Positions 47,256 through 56,013 of a stretch of 64,000 bases of DNA are shown here, piece by piece (the first letter of the stretch is position 1; each line of letters begins with the position of its first letter). The notes under the pieces were generated by a model that searched no databases, had not been told where the DNA came from, and saw nothing but the letters and a program-made list of their open reading frames with translations. The translations under genes were made by a program, and so were the position numbers. Source of the DNA: an uncultured Lentisphaeraceae bacterium (GTDB lineage: Bacteria > Verrucomicrobiota > Kiritimatiellia > RFP12 > UBA1067); assembly GCA_964420685.1 (NCBI GenBank), contig CAYQUI010000003.1, positions 4,150 through 68,149 on the forward strand, in the 5' to 3' direction.

Positions 47256-48080
47256 TTACGCCTGGGCCTCTTCCGCCGGGACTTCGCCCTCGGCGCCCGA
47301 ATCGACGGCGACGTTGCGGAGGCCGTTCAGGATTTCCATCGTCATCGCCGTCATCTTGAGGATGAGGCGATTGGCCTTGTTGCGGAGCGAGTAGAAGATC
47401 GAGATCGAGGGAATGGACACGATCAGGCCGGCGGCCGTCGTCCAAAGTGCCTGGCCAATCGAGTTCGCGAGCGCGGCCGCGTCGCCCGCGCCGCCGGAGG
47501 CGAGCGCCTGGAACGTCAAGATCATGCCCTGCACCGTGCCGAGAAGGCCGAGGGACGGGCCGAGGTTGCCGCAGACCGAAATCCAGTTCAGGCGCTGCTG
47601 AATCTTCTCCTGCTCAAGGTCGGACGCGGCCGTCACCGCCTCCTGAATCGCCTCGAAGCCCTCCTCGATGTGCTGGAAGGCCGCCTTGACGATCGATGCC
47701 ATGGCGGACGGGTTCTGGTCGCAGATCGCCATGGCCTTGACGACGTCGCCCTCCATCATCGCGCCCTGGACGCCGTCCATGAGCTTCTTCGGCATGAGCT
47801 TGTCGGACTGGATGAGAATGGCGGAGTCAATCGCGAAGTAGAGCGCGAGCGCGCCATCGCCGAACAGCGCGAACCACAGGAGCATGCCGACGATGCCCGA
47901 ACCGAAGACGATGTCGTAGAAGCCGCCGCCCGAGCTCTGCGGCTTGGCCGCGTTCGTGTCCACCGCATTGCCGGCGGCATCGGTGAGTTCCTGACCATAC
48001 GACTGGAGCGCGGCCATCGGCGCAACGCACGTTCCCGCGAGAATCGACAGTGCCAGCAGAGACTTCTTGATCTTGTTCAT
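47256..48080 (-). CDS. exbB: MotA/TolQ/ExbB proton-channel protein
   Basis: Signal-anchor, then three TMs with ...GPSLGLLGTVQGMI... and ...TTAAGLIVSIPSI... Confidence 0.85.
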   Translation of the reverse strand: MNKIKKSLLALSILAGTCVAPMAALQSYGQELTDAAGNAVDTNAAKPQSSGGGFYDIVFGSGIVGMLLWFALFGDGALALYFAIDSAILIQSDKLMPKKLMDGVQGAMMEGDVVKAMAICDQNPSAMASIVKAAFQHIEEGFEAIQEAVTAASDLEQEKIQQRLNWISVCGNLGPSLGLLGTVQGMILTFQALASGGAGDAAALANSIGQALWTTAAGLIVSIPSISIFYSLRNKANRLILKMTAMTMEILNGLRNVAVDSGAEGEVPAEEAQA

Positions 48081-48180
48081 GTTTTTCGTTTTGTTTTTGG
48101 GTTAAGAGTGTGAACCGGCCATCCGATTTTCAATCATCCGGCCATTCGATTATTCAAACATTCAAGCATTCGACCGTTTC

Positions 48181-48951
48181 TTACAGCGCCTTCGCCTGGG
48201 CGCGGAGGGCCTCGGCGCGCGCGGACTGTCCGAGCTTGTCGAAGCACTGCGCGGCCTTCAGCATCGCCTCGCCGCGCTCGCGCTTGCACGCCTCGTCCTG
48301 ATACATGAGGACGACGCGCAGATAGCCGTCGCGCAAGGCGTCCTTGAGCATGTCGGGCGCATCGTTCGACTTCGCGACGAGGATGTCGCCGCGCATGACG
48401 AGGGCGGCGGCGGACGCCGTGCGGTCGCCGGACATCGCGGCTTTCTTGAGAAGCCCTTCAAGCTGCTCGTTCTTTCCGAGCTTGAGGAGCGCCTGCCAGT
48501 AGGCCGCCGCGAGGTCGCCCGTATAGGCCGCCTCCTTGTCGGACGCGATGATCTTCGTGCAGATGTCGTAGGCCTTCTGGGCGTGGCCGGCCGCCAACTG
48601 CGCCATCGCCAGGTAGCGTCCGGCCGGCTTGTCCCACTGCAGCATCACGTACTCGTCGACGATCTTCTGGAGAATCGCGATGGCCGCCGCCCCCGATCCG
48701 CTCTCGACCATCTGCACGGCCTTGTCGTAGCCCTGCGGCTTCGGGATGTCGAGGGAGACGACGTCATCCTTCTTGCGCTCCATGTCCACGACCGTCGAGC
48801 CCTTCTTCACGGAGACGACGTACTGCTTGTCGCGCGCGCGCCACTTGATGTCGCCCGACAGGGATTCGGTTTCGGTGTTGAGCGTCCCCTGCACGGCGAA
48901 GACCTCCGCCGCCGCGAAGACCGCCAGACCCATGATCGTCAGTTTGTTCAT
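48181..48951 (-). CDS. Secreted helical (TPR-like) protein, unknown function
   Basis: Signal peptide MNKLTIMGLAVFAAAEVFA and predicted helical repeats. Lies upstream of exbB. Confidence 0.55.
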   Translation of the reverse strand: MNKLTIMGLAVFAAAEVFAVQGTLNTETESLSGDIKWRARDKQYVVSVKKGSTVVDMERKKDDVVSLDIPKPQGYDKAVQMVESGSGAAAIAILQKIVDEYVMLQWDKPAGRYLAMAQLAAGHAQKAYDICTKIIASDKEAAYTGDLAAAYWQALLKLGKNEQLEGLLKKAAMSGDRTASAAALVMRGDILVAKSNDAPDMLKDALRDGYLRVVLMYQDEACKRERGEAMLKAAQCFDKLGQSARAEALRAQAKAL

Positions 48952-48973
48952 TCTATTGCCTTTCTCTCGAAAT

Positions 48974-51900
48974 TCACTTCTGGCCCGGCAGATCCGCCTT
49001 GGCCTGGTTCATGCAGTTGGAGACGAGCGTCTTCGCCTTGCCGTTCGGGAAGAGGTCAAGATACGCCTGCCCGTACTGCACGACGCGCTCGGCCTGCGCA
49101 ACGCCCATCTTGGCGAAAAGCGGCACAATCGTCGCATAGGCGCGTTCGAGGTTCGCGACCTCGCCCGGCTCCATCTTGTCGAGCGGATGAGACTCCGTCA
49201 CGCCATGCGCCTGGATGAAGACCTGGAACGTCGCGGCCGCGCGCCCGCACGTCTCCTTCGCCTCTTCTTTGAGGCCCATCGCCTCCTCGGCCTTCATGCG
49301 GTCGACGAGCACGTCGCCGGAGAGGAGGTCAAGCTGGTCCTGCTCCCACTGGGGCTTCTTCGACCAGTACTGGCGCACCTTCTTGAGCGCGCCGATCGCC
49401 GCGCCGAAATACTTGCCGCGCATCGTCGCGTCCTTCTCCGTGCGTCCCTGGTCGGACGCGACCTTGACGAGCATGAAGTTCGCGTCGGCCGCGATCGCCA
49501 TGCGCGACATCTTCGGGTCGGCGAGGAACTTGTCGAGCTGGTCGCGCGCCTCGGCGAGCGAACCCTGCTTCCACGCGCTCTTCGCGAGGCCAAGCCGCGC
49601 CTTCGCGACGGTCGTCGCCGCATTCGCGCCCGCGAGGCGAATCGCCTTCTCGAACGCCTGCCCCGCGAGATCCCAGCTCTTGGCCTCGATCAGGGCCTCG
49701 CCCGCCTCGACGAACTGGTTCGCCGTGTACGCGCCGTCCGTCCGCAGCATCTCGGCATAGATCTCCGCGCCTTCGCGCTTCATGCCCATCTCGATGAGGT
49801 TCTTCGCGAGGCGCGGCTTCGCGTTCTTCGCCTCGTCGGAATCGGGGAACTTCTCCGTCAGGCTGTCCAGCGCCGCCTTCGACTTCGCCATGTCGCCAAG
49901 GGCCGTATAGATCGTCCCCAGGTCCACATAGCAGATCTTGGCGTACTGGCCTTCGGGATACTCCTTCACGTAGGCCTCGTAGCCGGCCGCCGCGCGTTCG
50001 CGGTACGTCGCCAGGTTCTTCTCCGGGCGGGTCATGCGCCGCCAGCAGACGCCGGCCATGAACATCGCGCCCTCACGCAGCTTGCGGTAGCTCGCCGCGT
50101 CTTCCTTCGTCGTCATCGGATCGGCAAGCGCGGCGTCCGCCGCCTTCTTGAAGTCCGAGAAGTTCTGGATGGCCCGGACGATCTGCGCCGTTCCTTCCTT
50201 CTCCAGGGCCTCGACCTCGGCGGCATCCGTCTTCTCCGCCGCTGCGGCCAGCTTCGCCAGACCGTCCTTCTGATAGGTCTGCGCCAGCTTGAACTGCGCC
50301 TGGAGACGGCGGATCTTCACCGTCTCGACCGCGAGATACTTCGTCATGTTCTCGATTTCGCCCTTCGCGTCGCCGATCTTGCCGTAGCACGCCGCAAGCT
50401 GGGCGAGGGACATCGCGTAGTGCGTCGTGTTCGTGTAGTACGCGCCGATCAGCGCCCAGTACTTGATCGCGTCGTCATAACGCCCGGCCTTCTGGAACTC
50501 CGCCGCGCGCGCAGCCGCCAGCGTGCCCGCGTTCGTGTGCCGACGGTAGTTCGTGAAGAACGCCGTGTAGAGACGATCGGCGCGCGCGGGATTCCGGTAC
50601 TGCGTCTCCTTCGCCGCGAGGCGAATCGTCGCATCGCCGCCCGCCATCATGAGAAGGCGATCCTTCGCCCCCGCGAACCGCTCGGCGAGATAGCCCTCGA
50701 CCGCATCGGCGTACAGGCGGTACTCCTCCTTCTTCTTCTCGTCCTTCGTCTGGAGGATGAGGTCGAGGTAGCACGAGGCGACGTTCTCGACGGCCCCCAC
50801 GGACTCCGCAATCTCCGGATACTTCGCCAACGCCTGGAGATAGCCCGCAATCGCCGCCTCGTAGTCCTGCGCCACGAACTTGTCGTTCGCGTCCGCAAAC
50901 TGGCGCGCACGCGCCTTCGCGATCTGCTCCGGCGTAATCTTACACTTGATGTTCGCCTTGTACTTCTCCTTCGCGAACGTGCTCACGGCCTGCGCGAGGT
51001 CGCCCGCCTGCGGTGCCCACGAGGACATTTCATACTCGAGGAAGACCGTCTGCGCCATCGCGAACGCACCCTTCGAGACCTGACGCTTGCCGTTCTTGCC
51101 GCGCGGGCCGAACATGAGCGACTTCACCTTCTCGTCGTCGTGCTTCGGCTTCTTGTACTCGGCCTGCGCCTCGCCCCACAGCATCTTCGCCTGAAGGAAG
51201 AGGCACTCCGGAAGCGGCGACTGCTTCAGCAGACCCAACTTGCCCTCCGGGTCGAACTGGACGATCTGCTCGTGAATCTCCTGAAGCTGCGGCTTGTACT
51301 CCTCGATGATGGCCGAGGCCTTCTCGATGTCGCCCTGCATCTGCTCGATGTGGGCCTTCATCGAGACCGCGCGCCCGAAGTAGACGGGCTTCTCAAGCTG
51401 CCAGAGGAGCTTGTCGACGATCTTCTCGGCCGCCTTCAGGCTCGCGTCGCGCGCCGTCTTCTGCTTCGGGTCGGTCTGCTGGTCGGCGAGACGCAGGTAG
51501 AGATCGACCGTCTCGCAGCCAAGGTTGCACCAGGCGTCGCTCCCCTGCTCAATCTGCGCGAGCAACGCCTCGTAGCGCTGGACGGCCTTCGCGTACTGCC
51601 GATCGCCCGCAAGCAGCTGGCCGTAGGCATAGCAGGCGTCGAGATAAAACTTGCGGATCTCCGCCGGCGGCTTCGCGAAGACCTTGAAGAACTCGTCGTA
51701 GATCTTCATGCACTCCGGCTTCTGCCCTCGGCCGAAGTAGTTGTTCGCCACCTCCAGACGCGCCGCCCAGTACTTCGTCGACTTGCGGTCGGGGAGCGAA
51801 GCGATCTTCTTCTCGGCCGCGTCGAACTGGCCAAGGGCCAGCATCCCGCGAATCTCGATCGCGAAGAACCGCGCCTCGGATTCGGGCCATTTCTTCTTCG

Positions 51901-52090
51901 TCGCCTCGATGAGCGGGCCCGCCAAGTCGGGATACCCGTAGTTGACGAGTGCCTCGACATAGCTCATCTCCGCCTCAAGCTCAGGGTTCTCGTTCGAAGC
52001 CGCAGCCGCCGGCGCGGCCGCCTCCTCGGCGAAGAGCGGCAACGCCGTAAGCGCCGCCCAAGCGACAATTGTAAAAGCCTCTCGTCTCAT
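48974..52090 (-). CDS. Large secreted TPR-repeat protein (1038 aa)
   Basis: Signal peptide MRREAFTIVAWAALTALPLFA, then many TPR-like Y/A/L-rich helical repeats. The ATG is 9 nt downstream of TATAAT (52100-52105). Confidence 0.75.
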   Translation of the reverse strand: MRREAFTIVAWAALTALPLFAEEAAAPAAAASNENPELEAEMSYVEALVNYGYPDLAGPLIEATKKKWPESEARFFAIEIRGMLALGQFDAAEKKIASLPDRKSTKYWAARLEVANNYFGRGQKPECMKIYDEFFKVFAKPPAEIRKFYLDACYAYGQLLAGDRQYAKAVQRYEALLAQIEQGSDAWCNLGCETVDLYLRLADQQTDPKQKTARDASLKAAEKIVDKLLWQLEKPVYFGRAVSMKAHIEQMQGDIEKASAIIEEYKPQLQEIHEQIVQFDPEGKLGLLKQSPLPECLFLQAKMLWGEAQAEYKKPKHDDEKVKSLMFGPRGKNGKRQVSKGAFAMAQTVFLEYEMSSWAPQAGDLAQAVSTFAKEKYKANIKCKITPEQIAKARARQFADANDKFVAQDYEAAIAGYLQALAKYPEIAESVGAVENVASCYLDLILQTKDEKKKEEYRLYADAVEGYLAERFAGAKDRLLMMAGGDATIRLAAKETQYRNPARADRLYTAFFTNYRRHTNAGTLAAARAAEFQKAGRYDDAIKYWALIGAYYTNTTHYAMSLAQLAACYGKIGDAKGEIENMTKYLAVETVKIRRLQAQFKLAQTYQKDGLAKLAAAAEKTDAAEVEALEKEGTAQIVRAIQNFSDFKKAADAALADPMTTKEDAASYRKLREGAMFMAGVCWRRMTRPEKNLATYRERAAAGYEAYVKEYPEGQYAKICYVDLGTIYTALGDMAKSKAALDSLTEKFPDSDEAKNAKPRLAKNLIEMGMKREGAEIYAEMLRTDGAYTANQFVEAGEALIEAKSWDLAGQAFEKAIRLAGANAATTVAKARLGLAKSAWKQGSLAEARDQLDKFLADPKMSRMAIAADANFMLVKVASDQGRTEKDATMRGKYFGAAIGALKKVRQYWSKKPQWEQDQLDLLSGDVLVDRMKAEEAMGLKEEAKETCGRAAATFQVFIQAHGVTESHPLDKMEPGEVANLERAYATIVPLFAKMGVAQAERVVQYGQAYLDLFPNGKAKTLVSNCMNQAKADLPGQK

Positions 52091-52160
52091 GATGGTGTGA
52101 TTATACTACAAACCGTTCGCCGAATGCAAGTGCCGCGCACGCGCGCGGACACGGCGCGCG

Positions 52161-53540
52161 TCATTCGCCCGCCGGCGTCGCGCGCAGGCGACGGGCCAAC
52201 AACGCACACCCGACGAGCGCGCAGAACGACGTCGAGGCCGCCAGCCCCACGTGCCGCCAGTCCGTCGGCAGGAGCGCAATCGCGAGGATGTTCAGCGTCG
52301 CATTGAGGCAGACCGTCTGGACGGTCACGCGCAGCGGCGTCTTCATGTCCTTCTGCGCCTGGAAGAACGGAACGAGGCACTTCTGAATCGCGAAAAAGCA
52401 CAGGCCCAGCCCGTAGACGGAGAGCGCCCGCGCGACGCGCAGCGTCGCCGTCGCGTCGAAGGCGTGCCCCTCGTAGACAAGCCGCACGATGAGCGGCGCG
52501 CAGAAGAACGTGACGACCGACGCCGGCAGCATGACCGCCGTCATCTGCAGGACGGCGCGCGTCAAGGCCCGCCGCGCGCCCGACGCGTCGCCCTTCGCGA
52601 AATGGCCCGCGAACGTCGGCAGCAGCACCGTGCCGAACGCGACGCCGACGACGCCGAGCGGCAGGTCCATGAGGCGTTCCGCATAGCCGATGACCCCCGC
52701 CGCCCACGGCGCGGCGACCTGTCCGAGCACCTGGTCGAGCAGGTAGTTGACCTGCACGGCGCCCGCGCCCACCGCGCCGAGGAGCGTGTTGCGCCAGACG
52801 AGCCGGAACTTCGCGTCGCGGAACGACGCGAACGGCGCAACGCGAAACCCGTAGCCGCGCCGGCGCATGCAGTGGAAAAGGAACGCCATCTGCGCGACGC
52901 CGCCCGCGAGAATCGCCCAGCAGACGACCGTCACGCGCGCGGCGAGCGAGAGCCCCGGGAAAAAGCACAGAAGCCCCAGCGCGGCGATCCAGACCACGTT
53001 CAGGAACGCCGGCATGAACGCGCCCTCGACGAAGCGTCCGAGCGCATTGAGGACGCCCATGCCGAACGCCGCCCCGCAGATGAAGATCATGTAGGGGAAG
53101 AGAATGCGCACGAGCTTCAGCGTCAGGACGGCGCGCGGCGAGAGGGGCACGACGTCCGCCGCCGAGAGTCCGAGCACGACCGTAAGACCGACGAGCGCAA
53201 GGGCGACGACCGCGCCGAGGATGAGCAGGACGAGCGTCAGGACGGCACGGGCGAGTCGGCGCGCCGACTCGACTTCACCTGCCGCGACCTCGCCCTTGAA
53301 GACCGGCACGAACGCCGCCGTCAGCGCGCCTTCGCCGAAGAGCTTGCGCGCCATGTTCGGCAAGGCAAACGCGAGCGTGAACGCGCTCTGCTCAACCCCC
53401 GCCCCGATCAGGCGCGACTGCAGCATCTCGCGCACGAGGCCGAGGACGCGGCTCGCCGCCGTCAGCCCGCCGACCGTGAACACGTTGCGGAGCGTCCGCC
53501 CCAACCGAAACCGTCCACTCGACATTCCCGCCGCCTTCAA
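52161..53540 (-). CDS. murJ: Lipid II flippase MurJ (MviN), short form
   Basis: ...VGGLTAASRVLGLVREMLQSRLIGAG... with 12+ TMs, in the MOP superfamily. Confidence 0.8.
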   Translation of the reverse strand: MKAAGMSSGRFRLGRTLRNVFTVGGLTAASRVLGLVREMLQSRLIGAGVEQSAFTLAFALPNMARKLFGEGALTAAFVPVFKGEVAAGEVESARRLARAVLTLVLLILGAVVALALVGLTVVLGLSAADVVPLSPRAVLTLKLVRILFPYMIFICGAAFGMGVLNALGRFVEGAFMPAFLNVVWIAALGLLCFFPGLSLAARVTVVCWAILAGGVAQMAFLFHCMRRRGYGFRVAPFASFRDAKFRLVWRNTLLGAVGAGAVQVNYLLDQVLGQVAAPWAAGVIGYAERLMDLPLGVVGVAFGTVLLPTFAGHFAKGDASGARRALTRAVLQMTAVMLPASVVTFFCAPLIVRLVYEGHAFDATATLRVARALSVYGLGLCFFAIQKCLVPFFQAQKDMKTPLRVTVQTVCLNATLNILAIALLPTDWRHVGLAASTSFCALVGCALLARRLRATPAGE

Positions 53541-54463
53541 TATTCGAGCTGGCTGCCGCCAATCGTCTCTCGGATAATCGAATCGCCCGGCACATAGGCC
53601 GGCGTCGTCGGCTCGACGGCGGCGAGAAGCCGGATCATGTTCATGACTTCGCGCACATCGCCCAGCTCATGGCGCGCTCGCTCCAGAAGCCCCCCCGCAT
53701 AGGGCTTGAGCACCGCCAGTTCGTAGACGAGATAGGAGTCGAATGTCAGGTCGGCGTGGCCGCTGAACGGCCGAATCCACTTCTCCTCGCCCGCGAGCAC
53801 CTTCGGCCAGAGCCGCACCGTCACGGCTGGGCTCATCTTGCGGAATTGGTTGTCGCGCACGAGCCGCCGCAGGAAGCGCGCCTCGCTCGGCTTCGGGACA
53901 ATGCCGCCAAAGACGTCGATGGTCGGGCGCGGCTCGACGAGGACGCGGTACTTCGTCGCGTCGGGAATCCCCTGCGTCAGGCGCGGATTGAGCGCGTGAA
54001 TGCCCTCAAGGACGACGAACCCGCCCTTCGGCAGCGAAACCGTGCGCACGGGCGCAAGCGGCACGTGGTTCACGAAGTCGAACTTGCGCACGCCGACCGA
54101 CTCGCCCCGCAGGAGCGCGTTCACGTCCGCCGCCAGCGCCGGAATGTCCACGCAATCGACGTGCTCGTAGTCGAGTTCGCCGTTCGCGTCGCGCGGATTG
54201 CGCGCGTCGCCGACGAAATAGTCGTCCGTCGACAGGTGATACGCCGCGCGGCCGTTCACGCGGATCTGCGTGCAGAGCCGCGTCGCCGTCGTCGTCTTGC
54301 CGGCGGCCGAGCCGCCCGCGACCAGGACGAGCCGAATGCCCGCCCGCCCGCACACGATGTCGGCGATCTTCGAAAGGGCCTTTATCTGCCGCGCCTCGGC
54401 GACGCGGATGAGTTCCGCGATCGTGCCGTTCGCGATGCGTTCGTTAAGTTCCACGACTGTCAT
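53537..54463 (-). CDS. Uridine kinase / phosphoribulokinase-family nucleoside kinase
   Basis: P-loop GGSAAGKTT, ...DDYF..., and a lid region. Has N- and C-terminal extensions. Confidence 0.65.
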   Translation of the reverse strand: MTVVELNERIANGTIAELIRVAEARQIKALSKIADIVCGRAGIRLVLVAGGSAAGKTTTATRLCTQIRVNGRAAYHLSTDDYFVGDARNPRDANGELDYEHVDCVDIPALAADVNALLRGESVGVRKFDFVNHVPLAPVRTVSLPKGGFVVLEGIHALNPRLTQGIPDATKYRVLVEPRPTIDVFGGIVPKPSEARFLRRLVRDNQFRKMSPAVTVRLWPKVLAGEEKWIRPFSGHADLTFDSYLVYELAVLKPYAGGLLERARHELGDVREVMNMIRLLAAVEPTTPAYVPGDSIIRETIGGSQLEY

Positions 54464-55245
54464 GACACGTTGCTCCCCGACCAGCCCAACTTGCGCGCCA
54501 GCACGTCGTAGGGGTCGTAGCCCTCCAGTTCCACGAGCCGTGCCGCCGCCGCGCTTTTCGTGACCGTCACGCGATCGCCCGCCCCCAGCGCGCCCACGTT
54601 CTCCCCGTCCGCATAGACGCCGACGCGCTGCGCGTTCCCCGCCGTGCGCGGCCGCACCGTCACCGTGAACGCAACGTCGTCGCTCACGACGAGCGGCCGA
54701 ACGGTCAGGGCGTGCGGGTTGAGGGGCGTGACGACAAAGCTGCGCGAGTCCGGCATGAGGACCGGCCCGCCCGCCGCAAGCGAATAGGCCGTCGAGCCCG
54801 TCGGCGTCGCGAAGATCAGCCCGTCGGCCATGTAGCGCGTGACGAGCTTGCCGTCCGCCTCCAGGTCAAGACGCGCGGAATGTCCGCTCATCTCGCGCGT
54901 GAGCACGACGTCATTGAGCGCGGCGTGGCCCGCGACTTGCAGCAGCCGCCGCTCGGAGACGCGGTAGCGCCCGGCCGCAAGGGCCGCGAGCGCCGAGCCG
55001 AAGTCGCGCTCGCCCACACTCGACAGGTAGCCGAGGCCGCCCAGCTTAAAGCCGAGAATCGGCACGCCGGGATGCGCATGCACCGCCCGCAGGAGCGTCC
55101 CGTCGCCGCCAAGCGCAATGACGACGTCCGCCACACCCCCCGCCGCCGTCTCCGCGAGACCAAGACGCGCGGCCGCCGCGACGAGCGCGCCCTTGTGCGC
55201 CGCCGCCTCGGGCTTCTCCGCGTTGACGTGGAAGTGGATTTTCAT
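54460..55245 (-). CDS. nadK: NAD+ kinase
   Basis: GGDGTLL motif and ...ATPTGSTAYSLAAGGP... TGgTATAAT lies 8 nt upstream of the ATG (55254-55262). Confidence 0.85.
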   Translation of the reverse strand: MKIHFHVNAEKPEAAAHKGALVAAAARLGLAETAAGGVADVVIALGGDGTLLRAVHAHPGVPILGFKLGGLGYLSSVGERDFGSALAALAAGRYRVSERRLLQVAGHAALNDVVLTREMSGHSARLDLEADGKLVTRYMADGLIFATPTGSTAYSLAAGGPVLMPDSRSFVVTPLNPHALTVRPLVVSDDVAFTVTVRPRTAGNAQRVGVYADGENVGALGAGDRVTVTKSAAAARLVELEGYDPYDVLARKLGWSGSNVS

Positions 55246-55285
55246 GAGGCGGCATTATACCAAAAGACAGGCCGTCCCGTCCGCC

Positions 55286-56011
55286 CTACGGGTCGTAGCG
55301 GCGCATCTCGCCCTGGACGCGGCGGCGCGTCTCCTCGTCGGGCGCGACGACAACGCCGCGCAGCTCGCACGGCGCCCAGCCGTTCGTCCAGGTCGTGTCG
55401 CGGAACGGCTCCTCGAAGGCGAGCTGGTCGGGCAGCACGTCGTCCGTCGTGCCGGCCCGGCCGTCCGGCCCCTTCGAGTAGAGAATCGGGTGCCCGCCTT
55501 CCGGGCGCGTCTCGTACACGTAGTCGTTCCCCCATGGGTCGGGCACGATGTGGTTGACGTACGGCCCGTCCCATCCGGGATGCGCCCGACGGATGCGGCG
55601 AATCTCGTTCGGTCGCCGGAATGCCAGCACGTGAAGCCCCTCCGCCGTCGTCGGATACGCGCCGACATGGAACTTGTAGCGGCCGAGCGCGACGGAAAGA
55701 GATCGCATGGCCTTCTGCGCCTGCAGCGGCTTGCGCTCGATGCGCGCCTTGCCAAGACCGACCCCGTTGCGCGCCGCCGACAAGACCAGCCCCCCGACCA
55801 GCACCAGGACGAGGACGACCGCCCCGTAGAAGACCGGCCCGCGCCGCAGATCCGGCGCGCCCCCCGTCAGCTCGGCCCGCTTGCGCTCGTATTCGCGCGC
55901 AATCGCCTTGACGGCGGCCTTCGTCGACTTGCGGTGAAGCGGCGCCTTGTTCGCGTCGTCCACCCGCCGCTTCGTCGGGAACTTGCGCTTCAATTCGTTC
56001 AGGTCAACCAT
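55286..56011 (-). CDS. GspG-like pseudopilin-domain protein with non-canonical N-terminus
   Basis: YPTTAEGLHVLA, DPWGNDYVY and GPDG match the type II secretion GspG core. It lacks the G/FTLIE prepilin cleavage motif. Instead it has a 48-aa basic cytoplasmic N-terminus followed by one TM. Confidence 0.6.
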   Translation of the reverse strand: MVDLNELKRKFPTKRRVDDANKAPLHRKSTKAAVKAIAREYERKRAELTGGAPDLRRGPVFYGAVVLVLVLVGGLVLSAARNGVGLGKARIERKPLQAQKAMRSLSVALGRYKFHVGAYPTTAEGLHVLAFRRPNEIRRIRRAHPGWDGPYVNHIVPDPWGNDYVYETRPEGGHPILYSKGPDGRAGTTDDVLPDQLAFEEPFRDTTWTNGWAPCELRGVVVAPDEETRRRVQGEMRRYDP

Positions 56012-56013
56012 GG

